This document shows, piece by piece, positions 12,990-26,137 of a stretch of 64,000 nt of DNA (positions are counted from its first letter, which is position 1; each line of letters opens with the position of its first letter). The stretch lies in contig NC_045698.1 of assembly GCF_009834535.1 (NCBI RefSeq), positions 3,536,001 through 3,600,000 on the forward strand, in the 5' to 3' direction. The stretch is from Camelus ferus (lineage: Eukaryota). A program made the translations under genes and the position numbers. The notes beneath the pieces are model-generated. The model had not been told where the DNA came from and searched no databases. It saw only the letters and a list, made by a program, of their open reading frames with translations.

Positions 12990-13185
12990 TTTATTTTATT
13001 GAAGTGTAGTCAGTTACAGTGTGTCAGTTTCTGGGGTGCCGCTCAGTGCCCCAGCCATACGTATACATACTTATATTCATTTTCATGTTCTTTCTCATTA
13101 TCGGTTACTACAAGACATTGAATATAGTTCCCTGTGCTTGCAGAAGAAATTTGTTTTTTATCTGTTTTACATATAGTAGTTAACA
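12990..13185 (-). mobile_element. 5'-truncated L1 3' end
   Basis: attgaagtgtagtcagttacagtgtgtcagtttctgg...gaatatagttccctgtgct, homologous to the copies at 45050 and 53062. Confidence 0.8.
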
Positions 13186-14854
13186 TTACTTTTTAATTAA
13201 AACCTCGAGCATCCCTGCTGCCTACAAACAGATTTGACCTCCAAAATTCATCCGCCCTTGGTGCACTGCTGAACTGCTAGGTCCCTGACCATCTGAGTGT
13301 GGGATAAAGCACAGTGCCTAGTGTCCCCAGGCTCAGTCCCAGGGGAGATCTTGTCTTTTGGAAAATGCTATGACTCGATCTGAGATCCAGAGCCTGGAGC
13401 GGGCCCCAGCAGCCTCAGATCGGCAGGCAAGTCAGGGCCCGCGTTGATGCCTGAGGGCCTGCACCGGGGATGGTGCACACCTGGGAGGAGGTGTGCACAC
13501 TCCTCTTTGATGCCTGAGGTCGCTAAGGAGCCCTGGGGTCAAGGCAGTGTGCAGTAGAGCCTGGCCGGTTCAGTTTTGGTAGTCTGGGGTCTGGGCGTCG
13601 CTGGCCCACCCGGCAGGCACCGGGCGCATAGTGTTTCATCTGTCCGTCTGTGTGTGTCCGTGCGCCCAGCACACCCGCAGCCTGCAGGCCGGAGGCCCCA
13701 CAGCCCGCCTTGGCTTCACCCCTTCATTCCCCATCTGACTTCATCTCCATGGAAACAAAATGCAGAGACATGGGGTGCATGTCTCCTTTTGCAAATGCAG
13801 AAACAGTGGTGAATGGCCACGTTGTGACTGGAAGGGTGTTTTTTATGGAGGCACCTGAGTGAGCCAATGCAGAAGGCCCGGGCTCTGGGCACTCGCCTGG
13901 CAGTAAAGAGGTGTCCTACAGACGGAAGAATCTGTGACACGCGTCCTCACCCCTCATCATCCCCGAAGCTACTGGGCTGAGCGCTACCTCAGCCTTTCTC
14001 TCCCTCGCTTTAGTTTTGATTCTGTTCTGCACCAGTTTCATTTCTGTGAGGTTTCTCAGTGTTTTGAACATTCCTTGGGTCTGAGGAAGGGCTCTCTGTA
14101 GCCCAGGTGCGCTGTCCCCTGCACGTCTGGTCCGCCTTCACCGTGCTCTGCCCACCAGCTGTCCGCTCCGGGAGGCCCTGGGGGGCAGGCCGCGGTCCCC
14201 GCGCCCGAGAGCAGCAGCGCTGTCTGCTTCCCTGCCCAGGAGTGTGTCTCCCTGGTCCTGTTGCACCTGACGTCTGATGTGGGTTCACGTCTGTTTCTGT
14301 TACTTGCTACATTCTCCCCGAGGTTTAGATTCTGTGACATCTTTGGTGGTGGTTTTGGTGAGGTTTGCGTTCGTTACTAGCTGCTGTGACCTCAGGGTTT
14401 AGCCCAGTGCCCAGCGCATCCGCGGCACCATGGACGAATGCAGAATCTCAACCACTTCTTGATTCATAAATACGTGAAGGCCGTGTCTGGAAATGGGGAG
14501 GTGGGTCGGCCTGCTGTGAACCCCTGGGGCGGCTTCCCGGGGCGGCCTCAGGCCCCTGGCCGCCTGCTCCTGGCCATGAAGAAGGGAGCAGGGCTTCGAA
14601 TTCAAGTTCCCTTACTGCCAGTCTTATACCCAGCTCCCCGCAAGATACAGTTTAAGAAATGGTCCTCCAGGACAGGAAGAGCTCTGGAACAGAGAATGCT
14701 GTGAATCCTTTTCTAGCTCAAGTGAAAATCAAACAAGGGGTTAACATTTCCACACGTGCGCATCACGTTGGGCAGAAGGATCAGGCCAGGCGGTAAGCCG
14801 TCATGTAAAGGCTGGAACACGTGGTGTGGGGTTTCGGCCAGACTGCCAGGGGCC

Positions 14855-15030
14855 GCGTGCCGGCCCAGCCTCTTTGAGACTCTTGACCTTCTGAGCTACT
14901 TAAGCCTTTTACGCCTCCGTGAGCCCATCTATAAAATAAGGATAATAATGTAATTGACAGGATAGGGCTCCTTGAAGGATCAGAGGCGAGAATGCCTGTA
15001 AACCCCGAACACTTAGTCTGGCCAAACAGA
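14855..15030 (+). mobile_element. MIR SINE relic
   Basis: tgaccttctgagctacttaagcctt...catctataaaataaggataataat resembles the MIR core. Confidence 0.6.
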
Positions 15031-16991
15031 CGTCAGCATCTCTGCTTTCCGTTAGCGTCACAGCTTTGCTTAAGAACTTGGACTATTTAAGCCCCTCAGC
15101 TCGTACAGCAGGAGGGGGTTTCACCATGGTGCTCGTCACATGGGCCCAGGCAGGGCTGAGGGACACGGCCCTCCCGATTCTGGACTGCGCCGCCGTCTTC
15201 AGTGTCACGGGCGCTGTGGTACACACGTGTGCGCAGGCACGTGTGGTGCACACGCACACACTCGGAGAGGCGTGTGCAGCGTGTCTGGTGTGTCCGTGCC
15301 CACGGAGCACGCAGGCTGGCGGCTCCGGACGAGCGGGCGAAGCTGCAGGAAGTGCTGCCTTGGGGCTTCCGTCTGGGTGGGGGATGAGCTCGCTTCGCTA
15401 CTGCAGCACTGAAAGATGATGGAGGGAAGTGGTCTTGCAAGATGCCTTCTGATTGCCCGGGCTCCTGGTGGGGCGCGCCTCTCCCGGGCGGACGCAGGTC
15501 AGCACGTGGAGTCCAGTCCTGGCACGTGGTGTTTCCGGCAGCCCGTGGGCCTGTCCACAGTGGCAGCCTCGACCTCCTGACCTGGCAGAGACCTTTGTCC
15601 CTACGGGACGCCCCAGACTGTGGTTCCACGGGCGCTCTGACATCGGTCTGAGGGATTTTGTTCTCCCTGTCTCCATCCAGCCTGCCGTCCTAGTGTCTGT
15701 CTTTGACAACATGCCAGCCTGTAAGCCGTCCAGATCCCAGAACTGAGAACTTTAGGTCCAGGTGAATGCCCATCCCAAGATCCTGGGTGTGCAGATCACA
15801 TGCATCATGTGAGCAAAGTCTCTGATTAAGGACCCAAGGAAAACCCTGTGACACGCAGGCACAGACACTACCCACGAGCACGAGGGCTGTTTCTTTTGGT
15901 TCATGTTTAGTTCACCAGTTTTCCTCCAGGTGAGGTTGCTGGACAGCTGGAATAGAGATCAGCCCGATGTAATGAGTAGACGGCAGAAAAGTGGGAGCTG
16001 GAGAGTGGACCCAGAGGGAGCGCATACGGGAGAACTGATCTGAGAGGAGCCATCCAGAAATAAAGGGACAAAATCAGGGAGATGGAAAGACATGCAGGTG
16101 ATCTTGGCCAGGCCCGTGGGCTCAGATTTTCAGTTCTCAAGTGAAGCAGACCTTCTGATCTCATGAGATTCTCTACAGCCCTGGACTAACTGTGAAATAT
16201 AGTTCCTCAAAGCATAATCGGAACCTTTCCCCAAGCAGCCGGGCGTGTTTTTGACACCTGGGATGCACCTGCAGCCAGCCTTCCGCCTGCCCTCTGCTGA
16301 GGAGGGACCCTGAGCAGGCCCAGCACCCTGGGGTGCGTGTGTGGTGTGTGTTTGACGAGGCCTCTGATACACTTTCTGGTGTGATTTTCCGTGTCAGTCA
16401 ACAATTACCAGACGGATCAAAAAAGAAACCAGAATGTCAGCTCCTCCTGCCCTGGTCTCTCAGGCTTTTGACGCTGAGTCTTCTAGGGGCAAAGAGCAGG
16501 AAGGGGAAGGAGAGGCCAGATCACGTGGGCAGACAGGCTGCAGGCCAACAGGAGGTCAGGTGAGAGTCACCTGGGAGGTCAGGCCCCTCCTGCTGCATCC
16601 CTCATGGCCTTGTGTCCTTGAGAGAAGACTGCCCAGGATGTCAGCAAGAGGGGGTGTGCATTTTCATGAAGGCCTCAATCTGTAGATGTTGGAATTCTGT
16701 TTTATTACAAATGTCTTAAACATGGAAAATAGAGAAGATAAATTGTCCTCTGCCCCAAAGTCACTGCCAACGTTTTAATAAATCCTGTTCCATCTCTCCT
16801 CCCCATGTTCAGGTTTACAGGTATGTGCCCTCCTTTAGAAGTTCCTTCAGTAATCTTTCCTCGTGTTAATCACATCCTCTGTAGCCATCATTTGCAAAGA
16901 GTTCCTCCTTGTGTATTAAGTCAATAGCTCATTTTTAATGTGGGAGTTCACATTCTTGAGCAAATATATTCAAGCACTATTGATTCTTTCA

Positions 16992-17434
16992 TTGACCTAA
17001 AACAATTAATAGCCAGTTACTTTAGCAGCAAAATGGGTTTATCAGGGACCAGCAAAGAACTGCAGTTCTGGACATGCAGTTGATGTCCAACTACAGGCAA
17101 GTCCAGAGAACAGAGAAGAGGAACGCTTCTACAGAGGAGAAGAGGGAGCTGAGGGGGCTGTTCTAAAAAAAAACTTTATTGGAGGAAACTGGGTGTTTGA
17201 AGTATAGTGACTTTTCATTGGCTGAGTTGCGGCAGTTTCTCATTGGCTGGGCTGTTGCCAGGCAAGGAGAACTTCCTTTCTTCTGCTTCTAGTGAAGGAA
17301 TGACTTTCTTCCTGTTGGAGATGCGAGGTGCCTCTCCTCCAGTTGGTAATGCAGTTGACGTCGCGTGGTAGGGATGAGCCCTCCCCATTCTGGCCTCCTG
17401 ACTCCATTTTAAATGAGGTTTCTGTTTATTTTCA
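16992..17434 (-). mobile_element. Solo LTR, ERV1-like
   Basis: Minus strand begins TGAAAATAAACAGAAACCTCATTTAAAATGGAGTCAGGAGGCCAG; paired CCAAT motifs (cattggctg twice); about 440 bp. Confidence 0.65.
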
Positions 17435-17774
17435 TACTTCATATGAACTGTAAATAGTGAATCCTTCCTTTTGCCTCCAAAATTTCCCTAGAAATGACAC
17501 ATTTTGGCTCTACTTTTTTGGAGAGTATTTGGAAGGGGTAGTTCCTAAAAGACTAAGATGGTTTCTCTTGGGAAAATGCTACTTATAAATAGCTTGGACA
17601 CCCCTCCCCTTTTGTGTGTTTGTGGGCACAGTTTGATCAGCAGCATGAGCTCTGAGACACGGAGTATAAAGATCCTGATTTCACTTTCACAAACCTAGGG
17701 TCCCACCCGTTTAAGGACACTTGATGCAAAGTTATGTGGAAAATAACTGAGATGTATTGTTGTTGGCATTGTAG

Positions 17775-17932
17775 GATCCCAGGCCAGCATTATCATCACT
17801 TTAAGATTTGATAGGAATTCCCACCCCTGACCCGCTTAATCAGAAACCTTAGGGACAAGGAAGGGTGGGCCAGCAGACTGCTTTACTAAGAGCTCCAGCG
17901 GTGGTCTTGAAACCTTTGAGAACTGCTGGTTC
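17775..17932. mobile_element. MER5-like hAT-Charlie relic
   Basis: cccacccctgacc...aatcagaaac...tttgagaactgctg resembles MER5A. Confidence 0.55.
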
Positions 17933-19561
17933 AGGGAGCCCCTTTCAATTGTGTTTCTCCCGGGAGACTTCTTTCCAAACACATTGTATGCAAACCCACT
18001 GGCTAGGGCTAGCCCCCTGCCCAGAGCCCCCAGAACCCCGCCCCTACAGGCATCTCTGAGTCCCTGGTATTCAAGGATCACAAGGGAGGACCACGTCCCT
18101 GGGAAGAGCTGGTTCTAAAAGAATAGCAGTAACTTCGCTGAGTACTGCACTTAATTTTTAAATGTCAGTCCGATTTCCCACCAGGGACTGTGATGGTCAA
18201 AGGTCCCTGCTTTGTGCTCTTTGGAAGGTGAGGTAAGATGACCTTAGTGGATGAGTGGGAGAATTGAAGACAAGAACTTTCCTGGCAAACACCCAGGATG
18301 AGAGTCTGGGGACCCATGTGATTTTAATCGTGGTTTTGTAAAAGGAGGGGAGAGGTTCCTGCTAACTGGACCCACGCCCCCCTGATCCTTGTAGATTATA
18401 GATTAAAGGCAACGCTTTAACTGCCCTCCGAAGCCGGCTGGAAGCCAGACCAAGTATGGCGTCCTGCTGTAATCGGTTCCGAGTGTCTCTCCGCACCAGC
18501 TACTTCTGCACATACAGGTAGACAGCCTCCATCCTCCATGCCAGCGGGTTACATCAAATGTGAATATCAGCCCGTTCCCACCAGCCCGCAGCAAAAGTCC
18601 CTGCTACTCATTCTCTCGGGTTCTTCTTCCCCAAGGAGACACCCTGCCTTCCCACACCTGATTCTCCACTGATACTCTCTACCCACTACCCACCAAACAC
18701 ACTTCTCACCACCAAACGTACCCTTTCTCTCGCTCAGGGTCACTCTGCCCCCCTTCACCCCAGATACGCTCAGGCCTCCTCAGTCTTAGAGTGACTCTTC
18801 TTTCATTCCCTCACTCTTCACTTTTTCTCTCTCACCTTTCATTGCCAAACTTTCCATGAGAGTAATCTTCACGTCCTGCTCTGTTCCCAGCCGGGAGCCA
18901 CCTGCTGCTTATCCCACCTGCCTCACAGTTCATTTCTGAGAGCGCGTCCAGCCATGACCACCACCCTGTCACAAACCACGTCGCAGCCCTTTCTCAGTCC
19001 CCTCTTCCTGGCCTCCCCGCAGGCCTCTTCACAGTCACCCCCTCATCACTTCAGACTTTCTCTGCCCTTAATTTCCACCATCTGTCTGGCCCATTTGCCT
19101 CCTTCCATTATGAGCACATTCTTCTCCCTGGTTGTGTCTCTCAGGGTCCTTCAGTGTACCGCAAAGCCACCACCTGTGTCTCTGTGGCCTCCCCTAGAGT
19201 GCTGGTTTGCCCTCAGGCCTTTCCCCATCATCACTACTCAGGATGGTCTTTTGATAGAAATCTCCACGCTCTTCTTAGTCTCCCACCAGTGACAGCTGCT
19301 GGACACATTCACTTGGATTGCAACCCCCAGAGCAAATTCTACCATCTCAGCAACAGGCATTGTTTCCTCTTTGTTTTAAAGATCTCTCTGGTCTTTCTGG
19401 ACTCAGCCTGTGTCCATTTTTCTACTTAACAAGAGTCTGTCATCATCCTTCTCTAGCTCTTTCTCTCCACCTCCAATAGTCAAGAGACTCATTTCATGTC
19501 TGTTCGCTTGAGTCTTCTAGAATATATAGATACGGATAGATCTAGACATCTCGGTATATGG

Positions 19562-19632
19562 TCATACACACACACACATATATATATATACACACATATG
19601 TATACACATATATATATATATACACGTATAGA
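19562..19632. repeat. Compound (CA)n/(TA)n microsatellite
   Basis: tacacacacacacatatatatatatacacacatatgtatacacatatatatatatatacacg. Confidence 0.85.
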
Positions 19633-19639
19633 TAGCAGT

Positions 19640-20585
19640 CTCTCTCCTGCTGTCATGTTCATATTCCTTATTTTTTTATCTTGTCTAATTGTGTGGGCCA
19701 GTATTTCCAAAATGACCTTAACTAAAGTGATAATATTTTTTTTTTCTTATCCCTGACCTTTTGGGAATGTTTCTAGTGTTTACCATAACTGTGGCTTCTA
19801 GGTTTAAATAAACATGTAAATATTTATCTGCCTGTCTAGATAGACAGATGCAGATATGCACACACATAAACTCATGCAAATATACAAATATATAGATGAG
19901 AGTAGATACTCAGCAGTTGTCTATTTTATAAACATTTTTGCCAAAATCGAGGCAGAATTTGTCACATGCTGAACTGTGTTACATTTGTGGTAAACTTTAT
20001 GTTTGTTCTTTAATCTATTAAAAGGGTGAAATATATTAGCCAATTTTCCAAGTACTGAACCATTCTTATGTTTCTACTAGGGATTACTATCAGTGACGTC
20101 AGGGGTTTTGCTTTCCCCATTGCTACTTGATTCTGCCTCTCTTAATTTATTTGGTATTTTTTACATTAATATTCCCAAGTACTATTGAGCTATAGTTTTT
20201 CTTTACATGCTAAAATATACGAAATTGTTTTAAATGGTGTAAACCTTTCTTTTTTGTATGCTCTATTTAAACAGGTATCTATTTTATCTACACTTGGTAG
20301 AATTTACTTGAAGCATCTAAAGCTGTTGCTTTTTCAGGAGTTTGATCTTTGATAATTTTTTTATATTATGTATGGTAATTAGGCCACTTAGGTTATTTAT
20401 CTTTTTTAGGGGTAGTTTTGCTAATTAAGCAAGCCATCTTTTTCTGTGGGATTTTAAATAGAATTTTTATATATTTGAACAAAGTGCCTTGATGGAATCA
20501 TTTTTATTTTTTTCTACCTGCACATATTTTCTTACTCTCATTTCTTATCTTGCATATTCATGCTGATTGTTTATTTTCTTCACTA
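19640..20585 (-). mobile_element. Ancient, highly diverged L1M fragment
   Basis: T-rich tract with antisense L1 ORF2-like wording (ttgtctaattgtgtgggccagtatttcc; gtactgaaccattctt); boundaries approximate. Confidence 0.5.
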
Positions 20586-20592
20586 AGTTAGT

Positions 20593-21075
20593 ATGTCAAT
20601 GACTGCTCAGCCAGGAACACAGAAACCGTCCTAGGGACCTCAAGCAGGAAGGTATTTAATATGAAGGATCATTTGCTCACAAAATGCTTGGAAAGGTTGG
20701 GGGAGGAAAGGTCAGAGAGAGACGCACGTAGCTCTCCGAGTTGCTCCAGCTGTTAAACAGGTGGAAGGTGTAGGACATTCCAGGAATCGCTGGTGAGGGT
20801 TTGAGCTAAGCTAGCACTGGAGCAGGTGATCCCCAGGACAATGTCTGGAGATGACAGCAGACCCCACATCTGCCAAAGCCAAGGGCATAGCACCGCGGCC
20901 GGAGACGTGATGCTGTGGTTCGTCCTCCCTCTGCTCCCACATCCTGTGCTCATGACTCTCACTGGGATCTACCCGACAGCCTCGAGACAGGAGATGCAGA
21001 GACTGCAGCCCCAACACCAGCCCCGTCATCCAGGGAGAGCGAGGAAGAGGGCAGTGCACTGGGGTGCAGGTTGTT
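20593..21075. mobile_element. MaLR (MLT1-like) LTR relic
   Basis: cagccaggaacacagaaaccgtcctaggg...caagcaggaaggtatttaatatgaagg resembles an MLT1 end; abrupt composition change. Confidence 0.45.
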
Positions 21076-21567
21076 ATGTTTGAGGACCACCCCTCTCCCC
21101 AAAAAGATCAGCTCTTGGACTTACCATGTTCTCTTTGCTAACATGTGGACTTCTGCTCCACACTTTCATCTACATTCAAATATACTGATGTCTGTTCATT
21201 TTCTAATATACTGACTTCTGTTCCAATCTGTATAATTCCTTCTCTCTGCTTCCTTGAGCTGTCCTTTTCTCTAACATCCTAGTTAGGTATTAAGTTCATT
21301 TATTTCCATTCATATCTATCGTTATCAATATAAGTATTTAAGACCATGAAATGCCTTCTGAATCTTACTTTTAGCTACACATCACAAATTCTGTTTTATA
21401 GCATTTCCTTCATTAGTCATTTCCTAGAATGAATTTTACTGTGAACCTGATGACCACTGTCCTTTTTTATTCTCTTTCCAGTAACTGCTAAAAATTTCCA
21501 GGCAACTCTTTACATTTTCCCTGTCTTTTCCTAACCATATAATTTCTTCCTTATCTGCTCGTGATCT

Positions 21568-21778
21568 GTTATGTTCTCACCCAAAGACTGCACTGTCCCT
21601 CGGAGGGGACACTTGGAAATGGGTGTGGGCGTTTTGGTTGCCATGGTGAGTGGGGGTAGGTAGTGATAGGCATCTGGTGGGCAGGATCCAAGGATGCTAA
21701 AAGTCTTCCAATACGGGCAACCACGCTGCACAGCAAGTCCTATTGTGACCTAAGATGCCAGTAATTCCCACTAGGGAA
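21568..21778. mobile_element. MER20 hAT-Charlie DNA transposon
   Basis: ggggacacttggaaatg...ttttggttgccat...ggcatctggtgggcaggatccaaggatgctaaa matches the recalled MER20 layout. Confidence 0.7.
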
Positions 21779-22657
21779 AATGAAAGGTCTCCAATGGCCC
21801 CAGCTAAAAAAAGTAACTGGTGGAGTCAGAACTTGGACATGCGTTGGACAAATTCAGTGTCTTCCTTCTGACTATATTCTTTCTAGCACATTGTTAACTA
21901 TGTTACTCCATGACTGACTAGCAGTAGATTCCCCTCTTATCCAAGTAAAGGCAACAATTTGGCTATGTCGCTGACACTGAGGCCAAACAAAGGTCTCCAG
22001 TAAGAAAGAAAAATAAGTACGTTAATGAGGTAAAATTCTGTTTCTATTTCAAAGCAAAACAGTGTCCTGTTTGCTTGATTAAAAGCCTATACCTTGCTCA
22101 GAACCATTAGTGATTGTTAAGGCCTGATTCCTTCTCGAGCGTAAGGACTGAATTTCATGTGTCTTCAGTTTCAAAACTGGAAACCAAACTGAAGTCGTTA
22201 TTTATAGAGTCACACCTCCTGAAAAGCCAGAAGACTTTGGTTAAAGAATTTTAAAAAATGGACTTCTAAATTGTCATGTAAATGGAAAGGAAAGATTAAT
22301 TCCTTCTCTATTTATGAGAACTGACCACTAACAGTTTGGGAAAAGCGTGCCCTCGCTCAGTACGTCCTCATGTAAATTGGGTTATCAGATTATCTGGCTT
22401 AATTTAAGGGAGTTCACAAGATTCTGTACAGAATAGCTATAAAATGACACATGTTTCTTTTTCTCTAACTTAATAGTCTCTTATTCCCTTTTAGCAAGTG
22501 GAAAAATAGGTTCAGAAAACACTGATTCAGATTTCATCTCTGCATTGATATATGGTGAGTCATCTGAACTATCCCCAGTCCACCCTAAGCACTATATAAA
22601 GAAGGGAATAGACTCCTACTTGGATGAATTTTTGGCTAAGCATTGGTTAACTCACCC

Positions 22658-22995
22658 CAGTCACCCCTCTGTATTCGTTCCAGGACCCCCCACACAGATG
22701 CCAGAATTCACAGATGCTCCAGTCCCTTATAAAAAATGGTGTGGTATTTGCATATAACCTACACACATCCCCCCATATACTTTTAATCATTTCTAGATTA
22801 CTTATAATACCTAATACAGTGTAAATTCTATGTACGTAGTTGTAAATACAATGTAAATGCTACATAAATAGTTGCTGGCATGAGACAAATTCAAGTTCAT
22901 TTTTTGGAAATTTCTGCAATTTTTTTCCTAATATTTTCTACCTGTGGTTGGTCGAATCAGCTGATTGAAAACCCTCAGAGGAGGAGGGTTGACTG
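22658..22995. mobile_element. MER2 (TcMar-Tigger) MITE
   Basis: TIRs cagtcacccctc / gagggttgactg; internal gatgctccagtcccttataaaaaatggtgtggtatttgcatataaccta. Confidence 0.8.
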
Positions 22996-23199
22996 CATCA
23001 ACTTGCTGGAGCTTACTTGTTACTGAATATAATGAAATTGGCCAATGGCTGAAAAACTACTCACTAAGTGTGGGAACCAGTTAATCTACGCAAGCCGCAC
23101 TCTCTGCCTCCAGGAATGTGATTTGAGACGTGACACATACTTGTCAACTGAATTTTGTCATTGGGTTCACCAGATAACATCTTGCCCAAAGTGGGATGC

Positions 23200-24009
23200 T
23201 TTGCAGAGGGAAAAGTGTTGCCCTTATCATTTTTCTGGGACAAACCTGGGCTAGCCTGGCATGACCAGTCTTTACTCACAGCTCTTCTGACAGCAGACGT
23301 GGGTTTTCCCACGCCAACAACCATTCTGCGATTTTCCAGCCACAGAGCACCTTACAGTTCAACTCAACCCCGGCAGTGTCTACCTAGAATTACGGTCCGA
23401 CCCCCCAGGCTGAGGGCGCGGGTCCACAACACTGCCCCCACTTCTGGCACCATTTTCAAGCCTTCCATCTGGTGTGGCTGCGAATCTGCGGGTTCCAGGC
23501 TCTGACCCCTTCAGGTTCGATCGCTTGCCTCAGGGGCTAACAGACTAAGGGGGGCACTTTTGTCAGTCACCACCCCTGGTTTACTGTAAAAGACACAAGG
23601 GAGCAGCCAGATGAAGAGGGACCCGGGAGGGGTAGGGTTCCAGACCCCATGAAGTGGGGGTGTGCCATCCTCCCGGCGTGTGGATGCTTCCCCAGCCTGG
23701 AGGCTCTCTGAACCCCGTTGTTTAGGGGTTTCCATGGCGACCTCATCACACAGGCAGGGCTGATTAAGTCACTGGCCATTGGTAGTTGAACTAAATCTCC
23801 AGCCCATCTCCTCGCCCCAGAGGTCAGGGATGGGATGAAAACCGTCTCACACTCCTTCATCTTTCTGGGGACCAGCTCTGCCCACGAACTATCTAGGGAC
23901 CCCTTCACCAGTCAGCTCATTAGCAGACAAAAGGCACTCCAAAGGTTCTAGGATCTGTGTGCCAAGAACCAGGGACAAAGACCAAAATTTTGTTTTTGAC
24001 TGTATCACA
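23200..24009. mobile_element. MER21-like solo LTR
   Basis: acagttcaactcaa...actgcccccacttctg...tgattaagtcactggccattgg...agggacaaagaccaaa...tatcaca, the recalled MER21 pattern; left boundary approximate. Confidence 0.7.
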
Positions 24010-24058
24010 TCCTTGGAACCTGAGGTGTAAAATTCATGGCTTCCAGTCCTGCCGAGAG

Positions 24059-24219
24059 CAGGGGTTATCAGAGTGCGGTCCCTGGTGCCTCAGCTAGAAA
24101 TGTAAGTCCTCAGGCCCCCCACCCCCCAACCCACTGAGTCAGAGGCTCCAGACGGGCCAGAATCCTGTGTTTTAACTTACGAGAGGGTTCAGATGAGCAC
24201 TCGAGTCCGAGGGCCGCTG
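24059..24219. mobile_element. MER5A-like relic
   Basis: tagaaatgtaagtcctcaggcccc...actgagtcagaggctc...aatcctgtgttttaac. Confidence 0.6.
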
Positions 24220-25894
24220 AGCACAGGAATTCGGAGGCGTGTGTGAGTCTGACTTAAAGGGATGCGAAGTCCTCTGCCAGGTGTGTTGGGAGTGGCCGTG
24301 AGGACTGTGCTCCAGGTAGAGAGGCAGCCTGTGGATGGGCCCAGGGAGTCAGAGGACCAGGGCAGAGGCCAGCAGGAGAGGGACACAGTGGGGCTGGAGG
24401 ACAAGGCTAGGACATGTGGAGTTTAAAGAGAAAAGCAAGACCACAGACCCCTGGGCAGGGGGCCTGGGGGAAGCCTGCTCTGAAATGGATGTCTGTGTAC
24501 TGGCTACTCATTAGACAGCTGGGTCTGTGGTTCCAGGAGGCAGCCTGGCGACACAGGGCAGGAGGCTTTGGCGGGTCAGACATCCACCCTGTACGGTCAG
24601 CGTGAGGCCCAGGAAAGCACTTCTGGGGAAACAGGCCAGGGTGAACCAGTGCAAGGCTTGGAGCGTGAGACACGGGGCACCTCCTCCAGTGCCCGTCACT
24701 ACACGCTCGTACCCGTTCTGTGTGTGACGTGGTGACAGGGCACACGGCTGTCTCGGTACAGCGCGGAGGACTCTGGGACAGACTGATTTCCAGGACATGC
24801 TTCCTTTCGCGGTGAAGCTCAGCGGGAAGCATCGGTGGCCACAGTGCCTGGTGTGGCTCCCGCCCTCCGCACCTCCCCAGGAGAGCTGTGGCCACCAGGG
24901 CTCCATGGCTTTGTCTGCTGCCCGCATCCCACGCAAGTCACCGAGCCCCCTGACTTCAATTTCCCTAAGTCTGTGTATTAAAACAGGTGCTGGGGCTGTG
25001 ATCTTAGCAGAGCTTTGAAATGTTTGTTTTCATTTGTGATTCTTCTGCCTCGTGGGACTGACGTTCCTTTTGACTTTCTTCTTGTGGCTGTTCAGGGGCA
25101 TTCGCTCTACATGACTTAAATCTTGTTCTTTTGTAGAAATACTCACATCAAAAGTCTCAACACATTTAAGTAAATGTTCTTATGTTTCTGCAGAAGCATC
25201 CCATGGCCTTTATTAAAGGCATTTTTAACAAGCCCTTCCTGATGAGAGATCATTAAAATTGGGACAGTATAGTTGCAAATTCACATGGGAGAGCACTCAG
25301 TAAAAACTGTCTAACTGGGTTGAGATGTGATCGTGTCAAGTTGGCAGGGAGCTGAATCATTGGACAAGACCACGAGGGTCCTCTGTCACCTCCAGTGTCC
25401 CCCATCAGCGCCCATGGGGCTGGACCCCAGCAGGAATGGTCCAGGGCTCAGACGCATGGGCTCCGTGCTTGGGACCCAGGAGGACTCCTCTCCTCCTGCT
25501 GCTCAAGAAACCTGATTCTCTAGAGAAGCTAACTTTCCCCATTCACTCGCCTCATTCCTTTTGACAAAGCAAAGCCAAGTGTCAGACTTGTTTCCATGCA
25601 CGTTTTAGGGACGTGTCATTTTCCTTAAGTAAAGAAGGACTTGGCTTCTTATGGAACTGAGGTTAGAGACTGTTACACCTGAAGCCACGTCTGCTGCTCT
25701 GGAACCATGTCTCGGGTCCCTTCCTTTGCGAGGAGGCCTCTGGTCACCTACCTCAGGGGGATCGGGGTGGGACCCGGTCCTTCTGAGACGTGCGGCTTGG
25801 GCTGAGGTGAGGAGGGAGACCTGGGAGGGCCATGCGGACAGTGGACCTCCATCTGTTTTCTGAGAACAGTGATAAAATCATGTTTAATCTTAAT

Positions 25895-26137
25895 ATGAAT
25901 TGTGTTCATTTAAAATCAACACCGGTTTGGTTCTTTTTCTGAGCGCACCATTCAGTGGTATTACGCACGTTCACATTGGTGTGCAGCCGTCACCACCCCC
26001 ATCTCTAAATCTTCTTCTTCTTCCCAGACTGAAACTCTGTGCCCACGGAGCACTAACTCCCCATCCTCCCTGCCCCAGGCCCTGGCAAGCAGCTTCCTAC
26101 TTTCTGCGTCTATGGTTCTGACTATTCTAGGTGCCTC
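25895..26137 (-). mobile_element. Old L1MA/L1MB 3'-end fragment
   Basis: ttcagtggtatt...ttcacattggtgtgcagccgtcaccacc...cccagactgaaactctgtgccc...ttctgactattctaggtgcctc. Confidence 0.7.

Noticed and set aside
22163..22194. 9-bp inverted repeat hairpin
   Set aside because: Too short for a pre-miRNA; expected by chance in 64 kb.
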